Counted from the first letter of the stretch, positions 1-10,396 are shown. The stretch is 64,000 nucleotides of DNA from an uncultured Rhodospirillaceae bacterium (GCA_964566055.1 CAZMHI010000022.1:213-64212), one strand, 5' to 3'. Notes: generated by a model from the sequence alone, not told the origin. Numbers and translations: made by a program.

Positions 1-11
1 TCCCCGTTTAT

Positions 12-1127
12 TTATGGCGCGATGGTCGTATCCAGATAAATGTGAACCGGGTCTCCGCCGTCCTCGATTTCGCGACCCAATACCCGCACCGCCTTTTCGG
101 CCTCGCCGATGGGATAGGAATGGGTGCAAAGGACTTGAAGTTCCTGCCAATGGTCTTTCAAAATTTCCACGGCCTTGGCGGTATCGGTCCAGTCAGATGA
201 CAGCACACCGAGCATGGAAATCTCATTAAAAATCAATTTATCGGTATAAAAATCGTTTAAGGCGTTATGAGTTTTGACACCGGCGACAACGAAGGTGCCG
301 CCTTTTCTAATCATGTCAATGCCTTGCACAATCGGCTCGGTCGCACCCGCCGAGACGTCCAAAACGACATCGACTTTGCGGCCCTCGGTCAGCTCCATGA
401 CCCGCTCAACCGGGTCTTCTTCTTGGACATTGATGGTGGCTGTGGCGCCGAATTGACGCGCCAATTCCAGTCTATTCTCATCGGCATTTGTGCCGGTAAC
501 GATAATATTTTCGGCGCCTAATTCCCGGGCAACGACAACGCTCAGCAAGCCGCGCTGGCCTGGGCCTTCGATGACAATGGACTGGCCGGCTTTGAGGTTG
601 GGCTTGGCCGCTGCCCAACGGACGGCATTTGAGAGCGGGTTAAACAGGCTCATGGCATCGGTTGGAATGTCATGCGGCACTTTATGCAGCCGGGATTTCG
701 GGTGAAGATAAAGATGCGAGGCATAGCCACCCCAGAGATGCGGCACCCGGTCAAAGCCCAGGCGGATTCCGTAGCCCATATTCTCATCGCAAAAAATCGG
801 CCGGTCATCCTGACAGGGCGTACAGTCTCCACAGGGGATCGAGGTTTCAACAATAACCCGGTCGCCTTCCTGGACACCCCAGCGCTTGGCGGCATTGGCG
901 CCGATGCGGTCGATCCAACCTAAAATCTCGTGGCCCGGCGTCATCGGCAGGGTGCCATAGACCGTGCCGGCGAAATGACCATCAAACTGGTCGTAATCGG
1001 TGCCGCAAAGACCCGCAGCTTCCATCCGCAGCAGGCCCTCATCTGGCCCGATCTCCGGAATATCAACATCACGGTAGTCAAAATGCCGTTCTTCGGAAAG
1101 GACAGCAGCGTATGCTTTTTCAGCCAT
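12..1127 (-). CDS. Zn-dependent alcohol dehydrogenase (MDR family)
   Basis: 371 aa; GLCGTD and GHE catalytic Zn motifs, structural Zn cluster CGDCTPC-x7-C, Rossmann motif GPGQRG. Confidence 0.9.
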   Translation of the reverse strand: MAEKAYAAVLSEERHFDYRDVDIPEIGPDEGLLRMEAAGLCGTDYDQFDGHFAGTVYGTLPMTPGHEILGWIDRIGANAAKRWGVQEGDRVIVETSIPCGDCTPCQDDRPIFCDENMGYGIRLGFDRVPHLWGGYASHLYLHPKSRLHKVPHDIPTDAMSLFNPLSNAVRWAAAKPNLKAGQSIVIEGPGQRGLLSVVVARELGAENIIVTGTNADENRLELARQFGATATINVQEEDPVERVMELTEGRKVDVVLDVSAGATEPIVQGIDMIRKGGTFVVAGVKTHNALNDFYTDKLIFNEISMLGVLSSDWTDTAKAVEILKDHWQELQVLCTHSYPIGEAEKAVRVLGREIEDGGDPVHIYLDTTIAP

Positions 1128-1395
1128 TATTTATATCCATTTTATTTGTTATTTGAGCCTCATTAACAGTACAGAAAGCATAAAGGACTCACCACAAATA
1201 ACAATAGAGATTACCTCTTTGGAATGTATATTTTGGTTAATTCTGATATACCAAAAATCGCTGTATTCTGCGCTAATTTAGAATTTGTCACGCTTTCCAT
1301 GGGAGAATAATTCGGCTATATTCCGGACTCAAATTGGCCGTCAAACGTCACTGATTTTGCCATTTAATTATACACAGGTATGAGGAACGACTATC

Positions 1396-2805
1396 GTGGG
1401 TGATCATATATTAGACCAGTCAATCCGGGGGATCGCAGCAGCGGTCCGGGAAGGAAAATCCAGCTTTGAGGACGTGATGGGCGAAGCCGTGGCGCGCCAC
1501 GCAAAGCATGATGAAAAATTGCAGGCCTTTAAGTATTTTGATGGCGAGGGTGCCGTTGAAAGCGCCCGTCTGGCTGACGCTATGCTGGCCCGAGGGCATG
1601 ATGTCGGGCCGCTGATGGGGTTGCCGATTTCAGCCAAAGACATTTTCGGTGTTTCCGGCATGCCGACCTTTGGCGGCACCAACCGGGAAATGGATCCGGA
1701 ATGGGCGGTTGATGGTCCGGTCATGCAGGCGCTCCGCCGCTATATGGCGATCCCGACAGGTAAAACCCACACCATTGAATTCGCCTTTGGCGCTGTCGGT
1801 ACGAGTTACCATTATGGCGCGCCGCGCAATCCGTGGGATGCTAAAGAACACCGGGTCAGTGGCGGCTCCAGTGTTGGCGCCGGCGTCAGTTTGGCCGAAG
1901 GCTCGTCCTTGTTGGCGCTTGGTACGGATACCGGCGGCTCGATCCGCATCCCCGCCAGTGTGACCGGTAATGTCGGACTAAAGGTCACCATTGGCCGCTG
2001 GTCGACGGCTGGCATCGTGCCGCTCAGCACGACGTTTGATACACCCGGCTACCTGACGCGCTCGGTTGAAGACGCCATTATCGGTTTCGGTGCGGTTGAT
2101 CCGGACTATGACGATCCGGAAGCACTGTTCAATGATCTTGATGGCATCGATGCCGGAGATTTGCGGCTCGGTGTTTGCGACGAACATTTCTGGGACAATT
2201 GCGCCCCGGGTGTAGCCGAAGGTGTGCAGGGAGCCATCGACGAGTTGGCTAAGAAAGGTGCGCAGATCATTAAAATCCCGCTGGCCGAAGCGGCTGAGGC
2301 GCGCCAATGCCTCTATGATGCTTTCCTATTTGGCGTCGAAGGCTTGTCCCATGTGCGCGAATATTTCCTGGACCGTATGGATTCCATTGATCCAACCATC
2401 GAGCGGCGTCTGAATGCCGGCATCGATATTACCGGCGTCGATTACTATACCAAGATCCGCACCTTGGAGCGTTTGAACGGCGTCGTTTGCGATAAGCTGC
2501 GCCATGTCGATGCGCTGGTGGTGCCGACCGTGCCACATACGCCGCCCACCGTCGAGGAAGTCGCCGACATTGACGACTACTTTGCTGCCAACGGTTTGAT
2601 GACACAAAACACTCAGCCAATTAATATGCTGGCACTTTGTGGCGTCTCCATACCGGTGGCGCTGGATAAAGCGGGGATGCCGGTCGGCTTGCAATTGGTC
2701 GGCGCATCCGGAACCGAGGAACGTATGCTGGCGACAGCGCTGGCCTGTGAGAAACATTTCGGCACTGCCCGCGAACAATTCGGTGTGCCGCCGTTGCTGG
2801 CGTAA
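1396..2805 (+). CDS. Amidase-signature family amidase
   Basis: 469 aa; ISAKD (Lys), SGGSS and GTDTGGSIRIPAS (Ser-cisSer-Lys triad); GTG start after GAGG RBS. Confidence 0.9.
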   Translation: MGDHILDQSIRGIAAAVREGKSSFEDVMGEAVARHAKHDEKLQAFKYFDGEGAVESARLADAMLARGHDVGPLMGLPISAKDIFGVSGMPTFGGTNREMDPEWAVDGPVMQALRRYMAIPTGKTHTIEFAFGAVGTSYHYGAPRNPWDAKEHRVSGGSSVGAGVSLAEGSSLLALGTDTGGSIRIPASVTGNVGLKVTIGRWSTAGIVPLSTTFDTPGYLTRSVEDAIIGFGAVDPDYDDPEALFNDLDGIDAGDLRLGVCDEHFWDNCAPGVAEGVQGAIDELAKKGAQIIKIPLAEAAEARQCLYDAFLFGVEGLSHVREYFLDRMDSIDPTIERRLNAGIDITGVDYYTKIRTLERLNGVVCDKLRHVDALVVPTVPHTPPTVEEVADIDDYFAANGLMTQNTQPINMLALCGVSIPVALDKAGMPVGLQLVGASGTEERMLATALACEKHFGTAREQFGVPPLLA

Positions 2806-2861
2806 GGTTCTTAAAGATGGATGCGCGGATCACGTCCGTGCATGACGGTTGGAGTTAAAAT

Positions 2862-3371
2862 CTACTCAGCCGCAGATTTTTCCAGGCGTTCTTTCGCCGT
2901 TGCCATGATGGCGTTGACGATGCCGGCATAGCCGGTGCAGCGGCAGAGATGGCCGCTCAACATATCGCGGACTTCTGCTTCGCTGGGGTCGGGATTTTTC
3001 TCCAGATATTCGCTCGCCGACATCAGGATACCCGGGGTGCAGTAACCGCATTGCAGCCCGTGATGGGTTTTGAAATTTTGCTGCAGATCGCTTAAAGGGT
3101 CTTCCCTTCCGGTGAGGCTTTCTACTGTATCAACCTTTCGGCCGTCGACTTGCACCGCCAGCGTTAAGCAGGAGCGCTGGGCTTTGCCGTCAATCTGTAC
3201 TGTGCAGGCACCGCAGACACCGTGTTCGCAGCCAACGTGACAGCCGGTCACACCCATGACATTACGCAGGAAATCCGACAGCAGCATACGCGGCTCGGCT
3301 ATGCCGGATTCCGCCATACCGTTCAGGGTGAAGTTAATTTTTTGCACAGCCTCCTGGCTTAGCTTCGGCAT
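2862..3371 (-). CDS. hmfC: Mo-hydroxylase [2Fe-2S] small subunit (HmfC/CoxS-like)
   Basis: GCEHGVCGAC, QCGYC and CRCTGY clusters; third gene of an L-M-S operon. Symbol denotes family only. Confidence 0.8.
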   Translation of the reverse strand: MPKLSQEAVQKINFTLNGMAESGIAEPRMLLSDFLRNVMGVTGCHVGCEHGVCGACTVQIDGKAQRSCLTLAVQVDGRKVDTVESLTGREDPLSDLQQNFKTHHGLQCGYCTPGILMSASEYLEKNPDPSEAEVRDMLSGHLCRCTGYAGIVNAIMATAKERLEKSAAE

Positions 3372-4186
3372 GAAATTGCCTCCTCTATGACGCGGCGGCC
3401 TAATCTCCGCACCAGCTCCCGCCGGTACCGTGCCGTGGCGTGAATGTCATCGCTGCCTTTGAGTTCCCAGGCGAAGGCGTTGAGCTCATCGTCGAGATTT
3501 TCAGCAGCCAAATTTGTCCAGCTTTTAACTGTCGGCTTATCGGCAACGCCGCCGACGCCTAAGCGCACGTCATCACCACTTGCCACAGCGGCGATTGCAG
3601 CAATGGCAAAATCACCCCGGCGCTGAGCCACTTCATCGAAGGCGAAACCTTCACCGGGTTTTTTAAAGGGATAGCGGGCGGCGATAATTAATTCATCATC
3701 GGCCCGGGCGGTGGTCATCATGCCGAGCTGAAACTCAGCCGCTGATAAAACGCGCTCACCTCGAGTCGAGGCCAATACAACTTCGCCACCAAGCGTCGCC
3801 AGACATAGCGGCAATTCGGACGACGGATCGGAGTGTGACAATGAGCCGCAGATGGTGCCCCGGTTGCGGGTCTGAAAATGTCCGAGATGCGGGATCGCCT
3901 GATGCAGCAGGGGTATGCGATCTTCCAGTCCCGGCCAGGACAGGAGTTCCGCTTGGGTCGCCGTGGCGCCAATTTCCAACATGTCACCAGCGTCTTTGAT
4001 ATAAGAAAGCTCGGCTATTTGCGAGATGTCGATCATCACGCTGGGATCAGCCAGCCGTAAATTCATCATCGCCATCAGCGATTGACCGCCGGCAAATATT
4101 TTTGCTTCACCACCTGCTTCGCTTAAAGCGGACAGAGCTTCGGCGGTATTTTCTGCCCTGACGAGATCAAATTTTCTAGGTTTCAT
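3359..4186 (-). CDS. hmfB: Mo-hydroxylase FAD medium subunit (HmfB/CoxM-like)
   Basis: MKPxxF start, AGGQSL FAD motif, QTRNRGTICGSL; abuts large and small subunits. Symbol denotes family only. Confidence 0.8.
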   Translation of the reverse strand: MKPRKFDLVRAENTAEALSALSEAGGEAKIFAGGQSLMAMMNLRLADPSVMIDISQIAELSYIKDAGDMLEIGATATQAELLSWPGLEDRIPLLHQAIPHLGHFQTRNRGTICGSLSHSDPSSELPLCLATLGGEVVLASTRGERVLSAAEFQLGMMTTARADDELIIAARYPFKKPGEGFAFDEVAQRRGDFAIAAIAAVASGDDVRLGVGGVADKPTVKSWTNLAAENLDDELNAFAWELKGSDDIHATARYRRELVRRLGRRVIEEAISCRS

Positions 4187-7177
4187 TTACTTGCCCCCCA
4201 GCCATGCTAAGAGACGTTGCCAGAGCGAAGGTGCTCCCGATCCCATGGTCACCGATCCCGGTGCTTCAACTTGTTTGATCAGCCGGCTGAAGAATTGATT
4301 GACCACAACACGCGCGCCGCCTTCGATTAAGCGGCTGCCGACGGCTGCTACTTTGCCCGAAATCTCAACTGAATAATCATAGCTCACCAGCGTGCCGCCA
4401 TCCTTTGCTTCCAGCCGGACCCGGCCTTCGCCTACGGATGAGCCGAGCGGTCCATCAAGGCCACCCGCCAGGGTCGCTGATTTTGGCTCGTCAAGATCAG
4501 ACAGCTTCACATGCGCCAGGAATTTACCGCGTACCGGTCCGGCACCGAGGCTGACTTCGGCGCGGTAGTCATTTTCGGCCACCTGGTCGAGACCATGACA
4601 ACCCGGGATAACCGCCGCCAGTTTTTCCGGATCAAGCAAAGTATCCCAGACCGTCTGTGGATCAGCCGGTACCATTGAGTTGCCCGTGCCAGTAATAGCG
4701 CTGCTTTTGCCGTCGTCTTTTACGGGTTCAGCTGCTTCTGCCTCCATTTGCTTAGGTGGCGGTTGCTCCTCCTCGCCATGGATCAGGGTGCTAATTTTGG
4801 AGGGGAACAGCGGCACCTGGATGTTATCCAGATCCAAGGCATCGCAAACTGCATTGGCGATACAGACCGGCGTCGACATACAATTGCCATCAGCCAGACC
4901 TTTGGCGCCCAAGGGCGTGTGAGGCGAGGGCGTTTCCATATGCAAGATTATCGGCTCCGGCACTTCGGTCGCGGACGGCACCAGATAATCGGCGAAGGTA
5001 CCTGATTTAAAGCTGCCATCCTCGTCATAGACGAATTCTTCGAAAAGCGCTTCACTGACACCGTGGCTGTAGGAGCCCAAAATCTGACCATGAGCGATCA
5101 GCGGATTGAGGATGGTGCCGGCATCATGTGCGGTGACATAATGATCAATGCGGACCTCACCGGTATCCCGGTCAATCTCGACACCGCAAAAATCGATATT
5201 GAAGCCATAGACCAGCGATGTGTTAATGCGGTCTTTTTCATCTGGCGCGGTCAATTGGCGAGGCGTCCAGACAGCGGATTCACTGAGGCCGCCTTCCATG
5301 CCTTCGGGCAGGCTGCCGGGTGACCAGTGAGCGGTACCGGCAACGCGGTAGAATTTAAGGCAGTTATCTTGATTGTCGCGGGCAAAAATTAAGCCATTGC
5401 CAAACTCAACTTCCTCGACCGGCACATTGAGATTGGGAGCGGCAATATGAGCCAGCTTGTCCCGCATCATCTTGGCTGCCATTTGAGCAGCGACGGCCGG
5501 GCCGCTGGTAAAGCGGGCGGCATAGTTACCGGCGGCGATCGACCATTTATCCTTTTGCGTATCGATTTCCATATTGCAGGTAATTTCTGATGGCTGCAGG
5601 CCAAGTTGCTCGGCGACAATTTGCGCCAACAAAGTCGCATGGCCTTGGCCCATCGGCGGCACATCGGTTGAGCAACTGACGCCGCCAAAGGGATCGACAC
5701 TCACCGTGGCATTGGAATTGGTGCCCTGGGTCGGACTGCGTTTAGCCCGCTCTTCCTTGGTCAGGATGGTGGTGATGTAGCCCATATTCGAGTGCGTCGG
5801 CTCGGTAACCGCTGCGTAGCCGACACCATAAATCCGGCCCTCGGCGCGGGCTTCATCCCGGCGCTTCAAGATCTCATCCAGCCGGCCTTCTTTGACGGCC
5901 ATATCGACGCAAGCCTGGTAATTGCCGGAATCGAAAACCGCACCAGCCGCCGCGTGATAGGGGAAGGCATTTGCTGATACCAGGTTTTTGCGGATCACAT
6001 CCAACGGATCGAGATTTAACTCAATCGCCACCCGGTGCATCACCCGCTCGATGGCATAATACATTTGCGGTCCGCCAAAGCCCCGGACCATGCCGGAGGG
6101 ACTTTTATTGGTCATCACCAGGCGATTACGCACATAAAGATTGGGAATTTCGTATGAGCCCGTGGCCACACCATGCATCCGGTAGAGCGGTCCCGGCATC
6201 GGTGCACGCAAAAAGGCGCCGTAATCGTCCAGCTGGCTGAGGCGGAAGCCGGTCACCTTGCCGTCTTTCATCGCTGCGGCTTCGATCTCTACGACCCGGT
6301 TGGGCGCTGCTGTTGCCGAGGATAAATGTTCGAGCCTATCCTCAACCCATTTAACGGGCTTGCCGGCAATACGGGAGGCCACGGCCATCAGAACGATATA
6401 GGGGAAAATCGCGACTTTAATGCCAAAACCACCACCAGTGTTAGACGGTGTGCGCAAACGCAAGCCCGTGTTCTTTACCCTTAAGGCCCGGCACATCACT
6501 GGATGAACGGTGAACGGCCCTTGGAAATTAGCCAGCACGTCATAGACGTTCTCCGCTGGATGGTAATCCGCCATGACGACATAATTTTCCATCGGCGTGA
6601 TAGAGCTCCGGGGAAAATCAATTTTGAGTTTAACCACACGGTCGCATTCCTCGAAGGCTTTATCGGGATCACCATAATTAAATTCGCGGTCCGACAGGAT
6701 GTTGGAGTCACATTCTTCATGGATGGTTGGCGAGTCATCACTGGCGGCGTATTCAGGATCAACAGCAGGTTCAAGCACATTGTATTCGACTTGGATGTGA
6801 TCAACCGCATCCTCGGCGATATAGCGGTCCATGGCAACGACCAGCACCAGGGCTTCACCGACATAGCGGACCCGGTCAACGGCCAACGGCCATAATTTCA
6901 TTGGCGCTTTAACGATATTTAAAAACGGATCGACATATTCCTGTACATCGGCGCCGGTAATAACGCAAACCACACCCGGCAGGGCTTCCGCTTTGCTGGT
7001 GTCAATTGAGACGATTTCAGCATGGGCGTGGGGGGATCTGAGCATGGCGGCGTGGCGCGTGTCATGGCGGGCCGGGTAATCGTCGGCATAGCGGGCCAAA
7101 CCACGCAACAGGGCTTCGTCTTCGACCCGCTCTATTGGTTTGCCTACGAACTTTTCCGGTACAAATGCTTCGGCCAT
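4187..7177 (-). CDS. hmfA: Xanthine-dehydrogenase-family Mo large subunit with C-terminal CoxG/SRPBCC domain (2-furoyl-CoA dehydrogenase HmfA-like)
   Basis: 996 aa; VRGFGGPQ, PVKWVEDRLEHL, SNMGYITT, WSIAAGNY, DRINTS and MSTPVCIANA match my recollection of the HmfA subfamily; last ~160 aa CoxG-like (VWDTLLDPEKLAAVIPGC). Confidence 0.8.
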   Translation of the reverse strand: MAEAFVPEKFVGKPIERVEDEALLRGLARYADDYPARHDTRHAAMLRSPHAHAEIVSIDTSKAEALPGVVCVITGADVQEYVDPFLNIVKAPMKLWPLAVDRVRYVGEALVLVVAMDRYIAEDAVDHIQVEYNVLEPAVDPEYAASDDSPTIHEECDSNILSDREFNYGDPDKAFEECDRVVKLKIDFPRSSITPMENYVVMADYHPAENVYDVLANFQGPFTVHPVMCRALRVKNTGLRLRTPSNTGGGFGIKVAIFPYIVLMAVASRIAGKPVKWVEDRLEHLSSATAAPNRVVEIEAAAMKDGKVTGFRLSQLDDYGAFLRAPMPGPLYRMHGVATGSYEIPNLYVRNRLVMTNKSPSGMVRGFGGPQMYYAIERVMHRVAIELNLDPLDVIRKNLVSANAFPYHAAAGAVFDSGNYQACVDMAVKEGRLDEILKRRDEARAEGRIYGVGYAAVTEPTHSNMGYITTILTKEERAKRSPTQGTNSNATVSVDPFGGVSCSTDVPPMGQGHATLLAQIVAEQLGLQPSEITCNMEIDTQKDKWSIAAGNYAARFTSGPAVAAQMAAKMMRDKLAHIAAPNLNVPVEEVEFGNGLIFARDNQDNCLKFYRVAGTAHWSPGSLPEGMEGGLSESAVWTPRQLTAPDEKDRINTSLVYGFNIDFCGVEIDRDTGEVRIDHYVTAHDAGTILNPLIAHGQILGSYSHGVSEALFEEFVYDEDGSFKSGTFADYLVPSATEVPEPIILHMETPSPHTPLGAKGLADGNCMSTPVCIANAVCDALDLDNIQVPLFPSKISTLIHGEEEQPPPKQMEAEAAEPVKDDGKSSAITGTGNSMVPADPQTVWDTLLDPEKLAAVIPGCHGLDQVAENDYRAEVSLGAGPVRGKFLAHVKLSDLDEPKSATLAGGLDGPLGSSVGEGRVRLEAKDGGTLVSYDYSVEISGKVAAVGSRLIEGGARVVVNQFFSRLIKQVEAPGSVTMGSGAPSLWQRLLAWLGGK

Positions 7178-7407
7178 AAATTCCTCTCTTTGAGATGCAT
7201 TTTCCGTAATTTGGCGCGGATTTCTGCAGCGCTATGAGTAACGCCAAATTTGCGGCGCTACAAATAATGTTTAGGTCATTCAAATATACCGAATTGATAT
7301 TGGTCACCAGCAACAATTTAGGCCTAGCATTCATCAACTGGTATTGAAAGCGGTATAAAGCGCGTAATCCTGCGTTTTCGGCGCTAATTTAAGTGGGGGT
7401 AAGCATC

Positions 7408-8970
7408 ATGCAGGACCATACTTTTGCAGTTGATCATTCTGTCAGCCCAGCGGCGATTAAGACATCCGAAGTGTTCAATATTGCTGTGCCCTTTATTGAC
7501 CGCCACTTAACCGAAGGGCGCGGCGGCAAGGTCGTCTATTATACCAGCGACGGCAACGTTACCTTTGCCGAATTAGCGGAGCGGGTTAACCGCAGCGGCA
7601 ATTTTTTAAAATCGCTCGGCTTGACGACAGGTGAGCGGGCGCTGATGGTCGTTAAGGATTGCCCGGAGTTTCTCTATCTGTTTTTTGGCGCCATCAAGGC
7701 GGGTATCGTGCCGGTGCCGGTCAATACCATGCTCTACGCGGATGACTATACCTATATGATTGAGGATTCCGGCTGTAAGGCCCTGGTGTATAGCCCTGAA
7801 TATGAAGATACCATGGAGGCTGCCCTGGCTGAGGTGAAAAATCCGCCAGACGTCGTCTTAACATCAGAGGCGGTTTTGATGGCGGACGCCTCGCCGGAAC
7901 TGGAGCCGTATAAATCAGAACCCGAGGATGACTGCTTTTGGCTCTATTCTTCAGGCTCAACCGGCCGGCCCAAAGGCGTTGTGCATGCCCACCGGGCTAT
8001 TCTTTATACCGGCCAGGGTGCGGCTATCGACACCATCGGTCTCAACGAAGAAGATATCTGCTTTTCGGCCAGCAAAATGTTTCACTCCTATGGTTTCGGT
8101 AATGTACTGACTTTTCCGCTTTATCTTGGCTGTTCGGCAGTGTTGACCGACCGCAAAGTTTCGCCGGAAATGACATTTGAAATTATGGCGCAGTTTAAGC
8201 CCACCGTGTTTTTCGGCATCCCGACGCTCTATGCCCAGCAGCTGGAATATATGAACTCTCATGCGGCCGATGCGTCCTCGCTCCGGGTTTGTGTTTCGGC
8301 GGGTGAAGCCTTGCCGGGTGATATCTTTAACCGCTGGAGAGAGGAAACCGGCACGCTTATTTTGGAAGTCTATGGCTCAACCGAAGTGCTCCATGCGGTG
8401 CTCGGCAATACAGCGGCTGCTCACAAGCCGGGCTCCTCCGGGTTGGTGGTCGACCGCTATGAAGTGCGCATTGTCGATGATGACGGCAAGCCCGTCGAGC
8501 AAGGTGAGATTGGTACGGTCCATATCAAAGGCGGCTCTGTCGCCAAATACTACTGGAATAGCCCAGAAAAAACTGCGGCCACCATGCTCGACGATGGCTG
8601 GCTCAGCATGGGTGACAATTCCTACCAGGATGAAGAGGGTTGGTATTTTTTCTGTGGCCGGGGTGACGATATGCTGAAGATCGGCGGGCTCTGGTGCTCG
8701 CCGTTCGAGATTGAAGCCCGGCTGATCGAACATCCGAGCGTGCTCGAAGCCGCCATCGTCGGCCGCAAAGATGAGAACGAGCTGATCAAGCCGGAGGCCT
8801 GGGTCATCTTAAGCGAAGGTGTCGAGGAAAATGAGGCCCTGCTGGACGAGCTCAAAGAGCACTGCCGCTCGGGCCTCGCTCACTACAAATATCCCCGCTG
8901 GTATAACTTCGTCGATGACCTGCCCAAAACCGCCACCGGCAAAATCCAGCGCTTTAAACTGCGGGGATAG
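7408..8970 (+). CDS. Benzoate-CoA ligase family aryl/heteroaryl-CoA ligase
   Basis: WLYSSGSTGRPKGVVH, YGSTE and C-terminal LPKTATGKIQRF; ATG 7408 chosen after a GGGGG RBS (track starts at GTG 7393). Confidence 0.9.
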   Translation: MQDHTFAVDHSVSPAAIKTSEVFNIAVPFIDRHLTEGRGGKVVYYTSDGNVTFAELAERVNRSGNFLKSLGLTTGERALMVVKDCPEFLYLFFGAIKAGIVPVPVNTMLYADDYTYMIEDSGCKALVYSPEYEDTMEAALAEVKNPPDVVLTSEAVLMADASPELEPYKSEPEDDCFWLYSSGSTGRPKGVVHAHRAILYTGQGAAIDTIGLNEEDICFSASKMFHSYGFGNVLTFPLYLGCSAVLTDRKVSPEMTFEIMAQFKPTVFFGIPTLYAQQLEYMNSHAADASSLRVCVSAGEALPGDIFNRWREETGTLILEVYGSTEVLHAVLGNTAAAHKPGSSGLVVDRYEVRIVDDDGKPVEQGEIGTVHIKGGSVAKYYWNSPEKTAATMLDDGWLSMGDNSYQDEEGWYFFCGRGDDMLKIGGLWCSPFEIEARLIEHPSVLEAAIVGRKDENELIKPEAWVILSEGVEENEALLDELKEHCRSGLAHYKYPRWYNFVDDLPKTATGKIQRFKLRG

Positions 8971-9149
8971 GAGGGAGAATATAAACAACTCTGGGCCCTT
9001 AACCGTAGTCCGGTTCATTCACCCCTAACTACATAATACGTAGTGGTTTACTACAGCTTACGCAGTATTTTGCTGAGGTAAATATTCATAGATTGCTCCT
9101 CATTCAGCGGCGGTATTGTCCGCCCATTTACGATAGAGGAGCAATTACC

Positions 9150-9344
9150 ATGACGATAGTAGAGGCAACGACTATTTGGCTGGCCGCAACCCTGGCTGTC
9201 TTGATACAGACCTTGATCCTATACACTGAAAGAAGCAAACAACGCCGGGCGTTATCAAAAATGGATTATCGATTGCTTGACGATATTGGCGTAACTCGTG
9301 CAGCAGCCAATTATGAAACCCGCAAGCCATTTTGGCGGAAATAA
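9150..9344 (+). CDS. DUF1127 (YjiS-like) small protein
   Basis: RRALSKMDYRLLDDIGVTRAAANYETRKPFWR fits the DUF1127 pattern; GAGGA RBS 9 nt before ATG 9150. Confidence 0.85.
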   Translation: MTIVEATTIWLAATLAVLIQTLILYTERSKQRRALSKMDYRLLDDIGVTRAAANYETRKPFWRK

Positions 9345-9350
9345 GTAAAT

Positions 9351-10223
9351 TTAGGTGATTTTTGCACTCACGCTCATTGACAGCTCACCCTCATTATTAA
9401 CCGCCCAAAGCTCGGCTTGGGTGCCGCTGTCATCCAGTTTGCCATGAATGGTGAAGGGGGCATTGTCGAACAGCGGGCCACTGGCGCGGACATCAAAGCC
9501 GGTGATCTCGCGATCAGGCAGATTACGCCGGGCTAAATCCAGCAGCATGGTCGCCGTTAACGGTCCGTGTACCAAAAGAGCCGGGTAGCCTTCCTCGTTG
9601 ATGGTGTAGTCCCGGTCGTAATGGATGCGATGGCCGATAAAGGTGAGCGCCGAATAGCGAAACAATAAAACTGTATCCGGTGTGACGGTCTCGGACCAGA
9701 GCGCGCCGTCAGGCAGAGAGCTTGGCTTAGATTTCGCGGATGAAGTTGGGGCCTCCTTCGGCGCCTCGCCCCGATAGACTACGGTTTGCAGATCGGTTAC
9801 GGCAACACCATCACTGCTGGAGACCTGATGATCAATTTCAACAAATACCAAAGCGCCCGAGCGGCCTTCTTTAATTGTGACATTATTTATGGTTGAGAGC
9901 CGACTGATTTTACTGCCGACTTCGAGAGGTTTTAAGAGCTCAACTTTACTGCCGGCCCACATGCGGCGGGGCAGCGGTACCGGCGGCAGAAAATCTCCGC
10001 GCGCTGGATGGCCATCAACACCGAGTTTGGAGCGCCGCGCCGCTTTATTAAAGAACAGCCAATGCCAGCTTGCTGGAATAGCGTTGCCGAATTGAGGCTC
10101 GTCGTCATCCCGGTCAAGGGTGGCCGACATGCCGGCGATGGTGGTCGGTGAAATAAAATCCTCGATGGTTTCGGTTCTGCCGATCCAGTCTTTGAGATGA
10201 TCTAAATTCTCAGGCATAGTCAC
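9351..10223 (-). CDS. Double hot-dog acyl-CoA hydratase (mesaconyl-C4-CoA/itaconyl-CoA hydratase-like, MaoC family)
   Basis: WIGRTE start, WHWLFF, DGHPARGDFLPPVPLPRRMWAGS, LLFRYSALTF-GHRIHYD, LVHGPL. Confidence 0.85.
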   Translation of the reverse strand: MTMPENLDHLKDWIGRTETIEDFISPTTIAGMSATLDRDDDEPQFGNAIPASWHWLFFNKAARRSKLGVDGHPARGDFLPPVPLPRRMWAGSKVELLKPLEVGSKISRLSTINNVTIKEGRSGALVFVEIDHQVSSSDGVAVTDLQTVVYRGEAPKEAPTSSAKSKPSSLPDGALWSETVTPDTVLLFRYSALTFIGHRIHYDRDYTINEEGYPALLVHGPLTATMLLDLARRNLPDREITGFDVRASGPLFDNAPFTIHGKLDDSGTQAELWAVNNEGELSMSVSAKIT

Positions 10224-10274
10224 TTTCCACTTCTTCGATTTAGCTTAACATACCTGCTTGGCAGTGAGCGCCCA

Positions 10275-10300
10275 AATAACAAAACGGCATAGGTGATTGA
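10275..10300 (+). promoter_or_regulatory. LysR-1 box (T-N11-A) upstream of the thioesterase
   Basis: AATAACAAAACGGCATAGGTGATTGA, 25/26 identical to 13104-13129. Confidence 0.75.
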
Positions 10301-10396
10301 TCTAATCGACATTGGACCGCCGTTCCTGTAAAGGCTAATAAACGCCAAATCTCTTTGACCTAGTGAAGGTCATAATAGCATCGAGGAGTAATCAAC

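Noticed and set aside
4187-4680. CoxG domain fused to the Mo subunit as a novelty
   Set aside because: To my knowledge this fusion is already characteristic of HmfA-family proteins
6680-7177. Treating the Mo large subunit operon as aerobic CO dehydrogenase
   Set aside because: The form I motif AYxCSFR is absent (VRGFGGPQ); the sequence matches the HmfA-like subfamily
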